Assembly: GCA_003344405.1 (NCBI GenBank)
Contig: NOWV01000149.1
Coordinates: 62,001 to 126,000 of the forward strand
From: Trichoplax sp. H2
Lineage: Eukaryota
Direction of reading: 5' to 3'
Length of the DNA stretch: 64,000 bases
The notes under the pieces were generated by a model. It had not been told where the DNA came from. It did no database searches and saw nothing but the letters and a program-made list of their open reading frames with translations. Below, piece by piece: positions 52,119 through 64,000 of the stretch. Numbering within the stretch: position 1 is the first letter of the stretch; the number at the start of each line of letters is the position of its first letter. Made by a program: the position numbers and the translations under genes.

Positions 52119-52700
52119 ATGGCGGAACCAAGTCGATGTGCATGGTCTAGTCATGGCAATGCACTATGCAATGACTATCATGATACCGAGTGGGGTGTAC
52201 CTGTACATGATGATGCTAAATTATTTGAAATGCTCATCTTAGAAGGTGCTCAAGCTGGCCTCAATTGGAATACGATCTTGAGAAAACGTGATGGATACCG
52301 TCGTGCTTTTCACAAATTTAATGTTAAAAAAGTAGCTGCCATGAAGGATAAGCAGTTAGAATCGCTATTACACAATCCAGATATTATTCGTAATCGATTA
52401 AAAGTCTATTCTGTACGTAAAAACGCAAAGGCGTTTATAGCTATCCAAAATGAGTTTGGTTCTTTTGACAGTTATGTCTGGCAATTTGTTGACGGCAAGC
52501 CTATTATAGGAAATCGAAAAAAAATCCAAGATTTGCAGTCAAAGTCCGATATCAGTGATGCTATTTCCAAAGATTTGAAAAAGCGTGGCATGAGCTTTGT
52601 TGGTTCAACCATCATGTATGCTTTTATGCAAGCTGTAGGGCTAGTGAACGATCACACTACCAATTGCTTTCGATATCGTCAATTAGTGAATAAAAAATAA
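52119..52700 (+). CDS. tag: DNA-3-methyladenine glycosylase I (bacterial Tag type), intronless CDS, 193 aa
   Basis: RCAW, YHDTEWGVP, LFEMLILEGAQAGLNWNTILRKR, IIRNRLK, SKDLKKRGMSFVGSTIMYAFMQAVGLVNDHTTNCF. The Zn ligands (Cys/His ... HxxxC) and the base-recognition Glu are retained. The first ATG is at 52119. Confidence 0.95.
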   Translation: MAEPSRCAWSSHGNALCNDYHDTEWGVPVHDDAKLFEMLILEGAQAGLNWNTILRKRDGYRRAFHKFNVKKVAAMKDKQLESLLHNPDIIRNRLKVYSVRKNAKAFIAIQNEFGSFDSYVWQFVDGKPIIGNRKKIQDLQSKSDISDAISKDLKKRGMSFVGSTIMYAFMQAVGLVNDHTTNCFRYRQLVNKK

Positions 52701-55001
52701 ATCAATCCTCATGCTGCATTTGGAAATGGAAGACATAACTATAGTTGCCTTACTCTTAATTGGTTATAGTAAGGCAGATTTACTTATGAAATTGATCCAG
52801 ATGTACGTAGCACAACACATATCCGCCTACACAGTAAGTTGACTTTAGGCATGCAATCAATCAATCAAGCTTCTTACCTAGATGATGGTATTTATCTACT
52901 TGTTATCAATGATGGAAAATTACCACAATGTTAAATTGGCAGATGCAAATGACTTAGCAGCCTGTTTCTGCTGAAACTTGAATCGTTCCTGCTGTTCAGA
53001 ATAATGTATACGAGTAAGTAGCTATTCTTCGCTCAATTAAGGAGCAGTTCACGCGAGCAATTGCAGTGCTTTATCTTTGACACTGTTTAGCCTCTACTAG
53101 ATAACTTGCATTTTGATGATAAGACAAAATGTTTTGAACGAATGGTTTATAAGTGCTAACATACTGTATGGGTACTTTTGCTTGATATTTACTGTAAATC
53201 ACTGATACATCAAGGTCTCCAGACGATTTCTTCATAAATTAGTATTTACTGATTTGTTCTAATAACGTCTTGCCGTAGATATCCGTATCTTTAGCAATAT
53301 CTTAATCTTTTGGTTTTACGTTTGTGAAGCTATTTCCTGAGATGATAGTTCTTTGCCACTAATTATCGAGTATCTACTGCATGTGCAATAGAAAGGTGTT
53401 TTAAGAATTGTCTTCTCTTTTGAAACTTGTGGAGAATGGATGTTATATTACAATTTGAGTCAATCATGATCTTAACTTTATTCTTCAATTTAAGGTATTG
53501 TTTATTTCGCTATTTGTTATTGCAATAGTAACTGTAGAATAGACAATATTAACACCATGAAAACTCCAATACAGTAATGTGCTATTTATAAGTAATATTG
53601 ATAGGTAATATTTATCAATCAATCGCTTTGTGAAAAGTAACTTTGTAAACTTCATTACATTTACTATATTTATTGCTTATATACTCCCTGTATCCTATTT
53701 CCAGTATTTCGTGAAGGATATTTTTGATAATTGATTTAATTTTAGCAATGTGAAAGGCAAAAGATAATCAATTACTGTTATTACCAATTTTGATCTTTCT
53801 CAGTTAGATTATTAAATTAATTAAATTGTGCATAACGTTAGTACATTGCTCTTGATGCGGTCGTCAACAATTCTCCGCAATCTTGGAAAGGCATCTTTAA
53901 TAGGAGGTATATGTTAGAGTAACAGTATGTCGATTGTAACGTTATAAAGTCCAATGTTTAAGTTTGAGATAATATAATATCATATAGTACTGTAAAATAC
54001 GTTTTTGCCATTGAGAAAACCAGCTGATGTCCGATATATTGGAAATATTTATTTTATATATAAGTATATGGTACTTACTAGTAGAAATACAACAACAAAC
54101 AGTCCTTCCTGTACTAATTACATTAAAAGCAGAGCTGTCGTGACAACAGCTAATTACTGTAGTTGTATGTTTTGCATTTTTATGGGAATGGTATGAAGTT
54201 AAGACCTGCATACGTTAAAACAGTCAATTTCACTTAATAAATAAACTTAGATTGTGGCTGGTGAGTGATGAAATGGCATACTTATACCATTCGAACTACG
54301 TGTAATTCAAGCTTACTTAGATTTGGTCTCTAAGTATTAAGTGTGGAATTCTTTCATTGTAGTTGTGCGACGTTTTCCCAAGGTGATATAATTAACCACT
54401 AATGCAGTATCACTTCTAAGAGTGATTGCCTTCGATGTGGTATGAGATATCTTTTCAATGTTAGTAGAACTTGTCCATCGACTTGATAATTTCTCATTAT
54501 TAAACTGTAATAGTTTGTGGCCCATAGCTGATGATGTGATGGAGAAGTACGGTATTTGATCTTATAACGATTACTGAAAGCCAGGACTAGCAACTTATAA
54601 GCTGTGTTTAAAATGTGTTAGCAGTTATTACTATTTAATGCTGTTGCTGTGTCTGAGTAGTTCTAAGACAGTAAGATCGCGAACTACAAACCTAAAGTAG
54701 TAGCAGTGAGGCTGCTACTTAACTTTCTAAATTTCAGAGGCGATAACGAAACATAGGAAATAGAACATCAAAATGACAAGTTGGAAATAAATATAGCTTA
54801 GTTTTGATACGAAGTGATTCTTGAAGGATAAAGATTCCTAATTTTTGCAAGTAGTTGAAAATGTTTAAAATTTAAAACGTTTAACGTTCTGGCGATGCGA
54901 GCTTCGAGATGTAGCAAACATTCTTCATGCCGACAGTAATTAGTAATAGAATATATAAGATAATACCCAACAAATGGTTATCCTAAGTCACTACAGTCCA
55001 A

Positions 55002-57740
55002 TTATGAAAGAATTTCGGCAACTTGGTCAACAGTGTTGATTGAATGTATTTTATTGTTAGGAGATTGGTGTTCCTTCTGAGTTTCATTGCAGCCAATATT
55101 AGTGGTGGGTTCCTGTGTATTCGTAGATTTTTCTCGAATACCTCCTTTAGCAAAAGTAAAATGAGAAATATTTTTAGTGGCTTGTGCCCTTGTATTTAAA
55201 TGGGGTCGAAAAAATATAATATACAACTTGGGAAGAAATAAGAAAATCATAGGAGCTGCCCCTAATAAGAGGGTATTTGTTATGCTTAACGCAATAGTAG
55301 CGACGCCTGAGGTAAAGGAATCAACCATAAACGTGGCAATCGCAATTATACTAACAGCAAGTGTAGACATGAAAATATATTTTGACTCATTAAAATTTTC
55401 AGGAAGAGAGCGCGTTTTATAAGCTAGATATAAACAAGTTGAGACAATGACTATGCTCCAACAGACTAAGTTAATATGTCCATAAAAATATTGAATATTA
55501 CAATCAATGACAGTTTGATTCCCATCTCGATATTTTAATAGAGGAAAGGGTAGGATGATTATAAAGGCAGTCAAGATTCCATTAGAAAGGAATAGAAAAA
55601 CCAAGATGAAAGCTACTTGGCAGTAAGTCTTGGTATATTGCTTCCTTCTACTGCTCATGTTTGTTACGTTCTGAAATATATTCTTGACTTGATTTGTTTT
55701 ACATAATATAGTGGTGTATATTCCGATGCAACTCGTAGTAACAAGATAATTCTTGACAGCACATACTTCAGGAGTGGCAGGCAATAAATGGAGGACAGAT
55801 ACTAGTACCAGTAAAGCAAGGAAGGCTAATAGTAGATTTATTAATATGAAATTGGAGCCCTTAACTATAGGTGTCTGTCTTTTTGCGATCATAATGGTCC
55901 AAATAAATATTAATAATAGCAAGTATAAACCTATTGCAACATAACATATTATTGAAATTGGACTAGTATATGATAGCTTTAAAATTGATAAATCAGCGCA
56001 ATATGTTCTATTTATGTCTGGATTAGTTAGAATTGGGCATTTAGTACAAGTAGATTGATTTGTTGTATTAGAAATAGTCCTATTTTGACATAAACGACAT
56101 GACCAGCAGCATGATCGATGTTGCAACTTTATTCGTCTATCTTGATACATATAATATCCTGGAAGACAGTCTTGCGAGCATCGTGACAGGGGTTTATTAT
56201 TCCCAAATAGATGATGATTCCACACAATACTTTCTTCATTAAGAATTAGACCTTCGTTTTGATTCCAATAACCAATATCAACGGGTTCAAATCTTGACGT
56301 ATTTGAATTCATCGATGATTGCAAATTAACAATATTAAAGGATATCTGACTGTTGCCATTAGGTGCAAACCGAAAAGAACGACTTGAGATACCATCAAAA
56401 CGAATCTTACTTAAAATATTATTAAATTGCTGATTATTAAACGATTTTTCAGATATTGATGGGCAATAAGTTTCGTTACAGCCTAGATATTTATGTAGAG
56501 CATGAGCTAATGCTAATGTAGCATCCATAACGAAAGCTGAAATTGGACTTATTTTATAAAATGCTTGAAAATATCGAATTCTAGTCTTATTAAATGTACA
56601 ACTCGGTATTTTAGCATCTATGCTAATTATTTCTTGTAAGGCTTGTCTAAACCAGATGTTATCTAAATTATTACATAAATTAAGGCGATCCAGATAGAGA
56701 TTAAACGCTTGCATAGTAACAGAATTGAAGGAAATGCCGATTACCCCATTAAGGATACTTGATCTAATAGAATAGATTGACGGAGATATCAACCAGTGAT
56801 AGGAACCGATCCAAGTTTTACCTGTTAGCTGATGGATATCAGCTTGTTGAAAGAATCGATAGATGATTAATTCATTACCTAGTAGAACAACTACTTCTGA
56901 TTTAGTTTGATTCTTTAATTTTAAAATAATTTTAGTAATGGAAGACAAAGTATAGTTCTGATCAATCATCAATATCTCATCATAACATATGCCGTGATTT
57001 TGGGGTAGTCGGTTAATATCTTGAATAATATTTTCACTTATGGTATTTCCAGCAATGACAATTGATATCCAATTCCAGTTAAAATAAGTTATAATCTCTT
57101 TAATGGCATACCAATATAGATCATCCGGTACAGAAGTAGAATAAAAGTAAGGAAATTGTTGCTGATCGGTTAAAGACTGATTGAAAAAATAGCTAACTTG
57201 AGTAAAGTGATTTTTGCTTGTATACGATGCCGTTTTAACGGTTATATTGTATAATTTGGCACCAATAACACCAAATATAGGGGAAGAATTAGCCGAAATA
57301 TTGTAAATTGGTTCTGGTAGACTAGATGGAGCGTTATTCGTATTATTGATTTTTGTATGGCTTTGCCCTGTATTCGAAAGTTTTTGATTGGATAAAACAC
57401 TGCTGAGTAATTCCATAGTTTGGTTGATAGATGAAGAAGAATCTAGAAGTGTCCAACCAACTTGAATATTGGGTAGCAAAGCTGGGTTATGATTGATTAA
57501 TTCCTCAATAGTATAAATCATAGCTTGAGTAAGTTGGATATTTTCCGGGTTAAAATACCGAGATAAATTGGACGATTGGTTCTTGTAATCTACTGTGTTA
57601 GGAAAAATACCCACTAACTGCACTTGACCTGGTTTAAAAGTACTGGATTGTGAATTACATAGTTGGAAGTAGCTATGAAAAACAAAATTGGAAAACCACA
57701 ATAGAAATAAGGAGCAAAACGATTTAATATGGTTCTTCAT
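55002..57740 (-). CDS. Class C GPCR (CaSR/mGluR/taste-receptor-like), intronless, 912 aa
   Basis: Signal peptide, Venus-flytrap region (LLPNIQVG, YFNWNWISIV, TWIGS..W), cysteine-rich domain (CSQDCLPG..CCWSCRLC..CTKCP..C), and 7TM with TPIVKGSN, KTRSLPENFNESKYI and FLPKLYIIFFRP. Confidence 0.95.
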   Translation of the reverse strand: MKNHIKSFCSLFLLWFSNFVFHSYFQLCNSQSSTFKPGQVQLVGIFPNTVDYKNQSSNLSRYFNPENIQLTQAMIYTIEELINHNPALLPNIQVGWTLLDSSSSINQTMELLSSVLSNQKLSNTGQSHTKINNTNNAPSSLPEPIYNISANSSPIFGVIGAKLYNITVKTASYTSKNHFTQVSYFFNQSLTDQQQFPYFYSTSVPDDLYWYAIKEIITYFNWNWISIVIAGNTISENIIQDINRLPQNHGICYDEILMIDQNYTLSSITKIILKLKNQTKSEVVVLLGNELIIYRFFQQADIHQLTGKTWIGSYHWLISPSIYSIRSSILNGVIGISFNSVTMQAFNLYLDRLNLCNNLDNIWFRQALQEIISIDAKIPSCTFNKTRIRYFQAFYKISPISAFVMDATLALAHALHKYLGCNETYCPSISEKSFNNQQFNNILSKIRFDGISSRSFRFAPNGNSQISFNIVNLQSSMNSNTSRFEPVDIGYWNQNEGLILNEESIVWNHHLFGNNKPLSRCSQDCLPGYYMYQDRRIKLQHRSCCWSCRLCQNRTISNTTNQSTCTKCPILTNPDINRTYCADLSILKLSYTSPISIICYVAIGLYLLLLIFIWTIMIAKRQTPIVKGSNFILINLLLAFLALLVLVSVLHLLPATPEVCAVKNYLVTTSCIGIYTTILCKTNQVKNIFQNVTNMSSRRKQYTKTYCQVAFILVFLFLSNGILTAFIIILPFPLLKYRDGNQTVIDCNIQYFYGHINLVCWSIVIVSTCLYLAYKTRSLPENFNESKYIFMSTLAVSIIAIATFMVDSFTSGVATIALSITNTLLLGAAPMIFLFLPKLYIIFFRPHLNTRAQATKNISHFTFAKGGIREKSTNTQEPTTNIGCNETQKEHQSPNNKIHSINTVDQVAEILS

Positions 57741-58674
57741 TTTATCGATAATTGGTCAAATAACTGAATGGAAAATTGACTCGATAATTAATCATTGCTC
57801 CTCATGTATTTACATTTACTGAGGCACTAATACTTCTAGATCAACTACTGGACTCGTTTAATGGTTTATATAGAATTCATTCAAGGCCATTTATATTGCT
57901 TAAGCTATAGAACATATTATTCATACCCAGATTCCTTTATTTATATAACTGTTAAGATTAATTAGCTAACTGCTTTCATTGTTTCAAAAAAATAATAACA
58001 TTACCGTTTACGTAAGCGAAATTTTCTTATTCACGTGATGCAATAAAATCTATCATTATTCGAATAGAAAATTGTTTCCTGCTTAAATTTCTTTGTTTTG
58101 GTGATCATAAATTTGTTTTTAATTGAATTGCATAATGTGTTAGAGCTATTTATAAGTTTGAGAAATTGTAAATATTTAACGCTAGAGACCGGATTCGATA
58201 ATAAAAAATAGTTGGCCATCCTATGCTGGATTTAATTAATACGCTTGACTATCCTGGAAGTTTGAAACATAATTTAATGAGTTATAAATCTACAAGTCAA
58301 TTGAATTGCAGTTGCTTCATCTGCCTTTTCCTTAAATTTGGCTATCAACAGTAGAAAGTCATTTAAGCCGATCTGTTTATTGTATAAAGGGCTAAACATT
58401 GGCCAGATGTATACAATACTAATGGAATAGACTAAATATAACTAACTAAATGAACGTAATTTATTTCTGACTGCATTTGTTAACAAATAAATTGCATTGA
58501 TTTCAGATAAACATCTAATAACTGTGACAGATGATAAAATGGCAATTTATTAAAATTTATTCTTTTAACAATCGAATCAATGTTAATAGGAAAATAAGTA
58601 AGTAATTCACATTATGGGGATACAGCTAACTTATTTCATGAAATAAAATCACAAAATCACTTGGGAGTCAAAGT

Positions 58675-58739
58675 ATTGCATTACTCTGGCTAAATTTTAT
58701 TTTTCAGGACAGTTAAAAATAAATTAACACTAAATCATT
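58675..58739. promoter_or_regulatory. Upstream element shared with the class C pseudogene (copy 1)
   Basis: ATTGCA.TACTCT.GCTAAAT...AAAAATAAATTAACACTAAATCATT is also found at 63744-63808. The 25-nt core is identical. Confidence 0.55.
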
Positions 58740-60829
58740 CAACAGAACGGTAATAATACGTATAAACTATTTAAATAGAATTAATTATTAATTACCGAAC
58801 ATATTAGACTTATGAAGAACATGGATTGTATAGATAGTAATAACGGCGAACGGATCGATAAAAGTATGATGTTCGTAATATTAATGATCTGTGATAAATT
58901 GCTAGGGTAAAATGATTCAATATTTTTAGTAATGTCTTTCAAATATTCATTTAACAATCTGTTATCTACTCATTGTGGTAGCAGTTCAATTAAAGACTAG
59001 ATAGCATTTTCCTTCGGTAATAATCGAAATATAAGACAACTATGGTGCTTTACTAAGTGTGTAGTAGATTTTTATTGAGCTCATAGATATAACATTAAAC
59101 ATTGTATAAATGGAATATAAAATAAACTAAACTGATTTTGAGCTTCTATCCTTTGTTGAATGTAATAATCACCAGTGACTTTTAGTGAGAAGAATCTTCA
59201 ATTCTATAGAGGATTTCCTGCAGGAAGTCAGTCCACAAAACAAAATAATAGTAGCATGTTCGTCATGCTAATGCTGTTAGGTTAACTGATATAGTTCTTA
59301 ACGAAGATTGCATTAGCATTAGTTTTTACACATTAGCAAACATAGACTTTAACTTGTATTTGTAATGCGATTCTTTCTTGATCAATTATTTCTTATATTT
59401 TCTGACTGAAACATTAATTAAGCAGCGTCAGTAAAAATGATAAATTAAATGAATAATACCAAGTGGAAGCTGTTAAAAAGGATGGTTGTTAAGGCTTTTC
59501 ATTCATTTGTAGCAGCATGAGTTAAGAGACAATTTCAAAAGTTTCTGAGTTTGTGTTTTTCTCTTTTCTAATGTTAAAATGAAATAACTTAGTCTATCTG
59601 TATTTCCTTGAGCACGGTGTGGGGTTGGTAGATCAAGAATGTTCAAACGTTTTGAAAACTAAGAATCGTTGCACAAAATCTCGTTTATAAATATTCAGCA
59701 TAATCGACAAGCTGAGGACCTCTAACGAGAATGTGCTATTTTATTGTACTAAATTACTCGCATATATACTTTTCCTCGTTAACAATCTTACATACTACAC
59801 ACTGCAGTATTGGCATCTCAAATACAAGATAAATTACACCTTTCATGTGAAGCTCTAGTGTGAGCACTGTAGCACTCTTCTTCAAAAGGATACAATTACT
59901 AAGCTAGCTATATTCAATACTTAACCCTCTAAAAGAATATCTATCATACGCTGAACATAATAACTTCGGTAAACATTAATAAATATATCATCAACTTAGA
60001 ATACAATATTACACTGTCTTACTCATGGATATCAACAAAAACTGAAGAAAGATTGCTTATGTCAAAATTTCTAGAAAATCCGTCTAATATAATGACTTCC
60101 CTAGTTTAATTATTAATATTAAAATATTACTACATGAAAAGTTAAGAATCGACTCAGTTAATCATTAGTTGGTACATATGGTCTGTATATTATCTAAAAG
60201 TTTACCCTATTCGATTTTTCTGAGCTTCCTTTGCTAAGTATTTTATAAACTATTTGAAAGCTATGTCGCTAAAATTTATGTAACATTATTTTCACAAATA
60301 TTCGCCATAATAGGAAAACTTAAGGTTATAAATATTTCGACATCAATATGCACAGGCCAAATTTAAATATACAAAATGGTTTACTACAGTACGTTAAAAA
60401 ATCTGAACCACATCACAATATGGTAATTTCCTAATTTCTTCATTCTATATTGCAGTATAGAGTATATAATGATACTTGCAAGTTAAAAGAGAACTATTTG
60501 ATCACATTTATTTAGAATTTTAATAGTAGACCGTAAAGGATGAATATGACTTCAGCTGTACCTGCGAAAGAATTTTCTTTATTTATCTTTACAAATGTAT
60601 CTATTCTCACATTAGTAAACTTATTCAGCGACGGATAAAATGCTAATTGATTCTGTAACAGCATCCGTCGTTTCAGATTTAAACAAAAATTTATTTTTAG
60701 ATGATAAATTGTCTAATCGATCACTATAGGTTCTTTATTAAAGATCGCGCTTCGTAAATTATCGCAAATGAAATTAGTAATTTCAACTGTGGATGCAAGT
60801 GTTGTGCTAGCTCATGTTTCTTGGATTAT

Positions 60830-63446
60830 TTAGGCTCTAGTTTGCCCTTTTAAAGATTTAAAGGAAAAATCAATGATACTTGCCGTAGCTTCTTGCTTTG
60901 AATTTAATTCAGGACGGAAAGAAATAATACGCAATTTTCGTGACAGGCAGAAAAATAATGCAACTCCTCCACTGTATAATGTACTAAGAGCATGTAAGCT
61001 AGTAGCTAGGCATTCATCTAGCAATAACTCAAAGAAGAGGTCGATTATACTAATGACTATTATTAAAATAGTCGTTAAATAGATATGGTTTGATTCACTA
61101 AAATTATCTGGGAGATGACGACTTTCATAATTAAAAAAAATTAACAGATGCAATATGGTAATCTATACCATTTCATTTAAGTAAATAAAATAGATTAGAA
61201 CATACAAATTCCATTTGATTATCAGCTTTGGGTTACCAATATAATTCTGATGGTGTCCTTAAGCTTATTATAACTGAAATGCTATTAGCGATCAATAAAA
61301 CAAGAACTATCATGAGAATTTGATTATGATTTTTAGTCAATTTATTTCTTAACGCACTTTGATTAAACTTGTACAAAACTATTACATATATTTGATAAAT
61401 TTTACATAAGTTCGTCGTATCCCTACCTACATATGCTGTCGTTGCCAAATATAATCTTGCTTGACAGACAAGAACGGATGATTCTAATATAAAGACAGTT
61501 GATGCAGGAATACATAATGCAATAAAAATCCAAAAATATTAAGAAGCAAGTAATTAGATACTTTACGACAGGTGTATTTCGTTTAGTGATTATAGTTATC
61601 CAAATTGCGACCACAATTATAAAATATATAAACTCAATTAAAGTAACTAAAATCGAAATAGGGTCATTAAACTGTTTCTTTGCTAGTGGCAGATTGAAAC
61701 ATTTAGTCTCGTTATTGTTCGGATCAGCATCTAACAAACATAGAATACAATTATGTCCATTACAACTCTTAGGTATATCTGCATGATATGATTCACAAAT
61801 TCGATAAAATCGACAACATGATTAATATCGATAATACAATGATTCCTTTGATTGTAAATACTGACCAGGAAGGCAGGTATTTAAACATTGTGCTTCTGGT
61901 ATCTGACCCCATGATTGGTTAGCGTTCCAAATTATACTAGCTATATTAATCAATAAACCACGTCTTTGATTCTAATAGCAAATTATAACAGGTTTTGTAG
62001 CTTTATCTAATGTTTCTGTCTCTCTTTTTAAGTTAACAATATCAATTGAGGGTATGCTGGGTGTATTTTCGCAAATAGAAAAGAATGACTAGAGATTCCT
62101 TTAAATTGGATAGATTGTAATATGCCATTGAATTAATGATGATTTAATGTTAGATTTTCAAGTCTTGAACAATATATTGCATTACAGTTTGATATACGAC
62201 CTAATGAATGTACTAATGCTAAAACAGCATCCATGAAAAATATTGAGTGAGCATCAATCTTGTAAAACTGATGGGAATATTGAGTTTTCCAACTGATGTC
62301 AAGTCCGTAATTTGCAATAAAGCTGACATTATTAAAAACCAATTTTTATGAATATTTGACGCCATGCTTTTGTAAACCAAATATTTTGAATGTAATTCCA
62401 TAAATCGAGTTCAATTAAAAAGGTTTTGTATTTGTGAATTTCATTTGAATTAAATGCAACAGCGAGAGCTCCTTCAAGTATATCAGCGCTTATAGAATAA
62501 ATTGACCGTGATATTAATCATTCTACCAAGCCAATCCATGTTTTCCATCTAAATTTTGACTTTCGGCTTGTTTCAATAACTAGTATAAATAATGTGTATT
62601 GCCAAGAAGTAAGACGATTGGTGATTGAGATTGATTTTGTAGTTTCACTATAATACATTTTATATCTGAATGTTTAGATTTATCTCGAATAAAGAATATT
62701 TGATTGGAGCATAAATGATTTTGTTGTAAAACTAACTTAGTTTCATGGATGTTATTTTTAGTAACTGTATCGCCAGCAACGGCGATTGTAATCCAATTCT
62801 ATTTGAAATAGTTTATAACTTCGGGCAAGACATACCTATCAAAGTAGTCGGGAATTGAGGTACGATAAAGATACAGATCACAATTGAACTTGGTACCACT
62901 AATATAATTATTGGATATTTACGGAATTTTTAATAAATTCGTACAATTTGCAATGGAAAGGGTAGTATTTAGTGACTATGCGCCAATAATCGAAATTATG
63001 GATGGATTAATGATTAGACTTTAAATGACGAAAATACTTGAATATGTCGATGTTTTATTATCAATATAGCATTGATGATTAAATAATATTGCGGATGATT
63101 GATAACGGTAAACTTGTAAAAATTGAGTAAAGAAGAATTTAAGGTGATGTTAAAAGATGAAGATGAATCAATTAATGTCCTTTCGATATTCATATCGAGC
63201 AGTAGATGTGTATTTTGATTACTAATAGATCGATGGCATAAATTGCTGCCTGTGCTAGTTGAATATCTTTCTAGATAAACTTGATGGAGTGATTAGAATT
63301 GCCAGATTGCTGCATAGAATTGAGCATGACATTAGGAAAATTATAGGAATCTGGAATTTTTCGGTGCTATTGTAAATTGGTTGTTCTGGAGCGCTCATCA
63401 TAAATCCAAACTTATCTCTTTGACAAAATATAGTCTGTAAATTCAT
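60830..63446 (-). pseudogene. Decayed tandem paralog of the class C GPCR
   Basis: Collinear fragments NYFK*NWI, FMDAVLALVHSL, ITKRNTPVVK, SRHLPDNFSESNHIY and ISFRPELNSKQEAT are broken by several stops (Trp to TAG/TGA) and frameshifts. Confidence 0.88.
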
Positions 63447-63743
63447 AGTGTAATTCTTTTACTTATAGCAAGCACTGTGATTTGATGGTGAGCTTGATAA
63501 TGCTGTAGCTTATTAATTTATGGTGCTAGAAAGAAATTTTGTACCCGGTAAGATTGTTACTGGAGAGAAAAAATTAAAAAGTATTCACTTCTTTAGTTTA
63601 AAATTTAGTATTAACTCGTACACAGATTATGAAAATTTTCTATATATCATCGTTACCTACTCATTATTTAAAAGAAGGGAAGAAAATTATATTCATAACA
63701 CATTTCATGAACTAAATTTATAAAACCGTCTGATTGCAAGAGC

Positions 63744-63808
63744 ATTGCAGTACTCTAGCTAAATATCATTTTTAAAGCAGTCCAAAAATAAATTAACACT
63801 AAATCATT
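63744..63808. promoter_or_regulatory. Upstream element shared with the intact class C GPCR (copy 2)
   Basis: Matches 58675-58739, with an identical core at 63784-63808. Confidence 0.55.
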
Positions 63809-64000
63809 AAGCAAAACTACCTAAGCGTGGTCATACCACTCACTAATTGGGAATAAGGAGGAATAAGATAATTACTATTCATATATTTTTTATCAATAGC
63901 ATTGATAGCTTCGTAGCTCATAATTACCGGCCATTGTAAATGATGATACCTTACGTATAACGTACCATTGGAATAAAGTTAATTACTAATTACCGTACAT

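Noticed and set aside
52878-52991. Minus-strand segment bounded by AG and GTAAG
   Set aside because: All three frames contain stops and no partner exons were found.
53820-54600. Short hydrophobic ORFs that might be another receptor relic
   Set aside because: No diagnostic GPCR motif could be aligned with confidence.
59520-59620. Minus-strand RAQGNTDRLSYFIL, faintly like the class C tail RAQATKNISHFTF
   Set aside because: Too short, and no adjoining TM7 motif.

Overview
AT-rich eukaryotic genomic DNA with short GT-AG introns. The gene content (metazoan beta-carbonic anhydrase, WDFY1/2, FLVCR, FBXO36, expanded intronless class A and class C GPCRs) and the compact introns suggest an early-branching animal, most plausibly a placozoan (Trichoplax-like). 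That assignment is an inference. From 5' to 3': the 3' part of an intronless Zn-alcohol dehydrogenase that looks archaeal; a 12-exon WDFY1/2 gene with a minor-spliceosome (U12-type) intron; two TACAGTA/CTGTA-rich tandem arrays flanking a 4-exon beta-carbonic anhydrase, one spanning an assembly gap; a 6-exon RG/RGG-rich orphan gene; a 13-exon FLVCR-family transporter; intronless FBXO36; a transposase C-terminal remnant; two divergently oriented paralogous amine-receptor-like GPCRs lacking Asp3.32, about 16 kb apart; a duplicated ~270 bp element; an intronless bacterial-type 3-methyladenine DNA glycosylase I (tag); and an intact class C GPCR followed by its decayed paralog. The most notable signals are the two prokaryote-like intronless genes (candidate horizontal transfers, one possibly from Archaea), the U12 intron, and the GPCRs with altered ligand-binding signatures. 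No rRNA, tRNA or CRISPR array was recognised. All family assignments come from hand translation and remembered motifs, not database searches.
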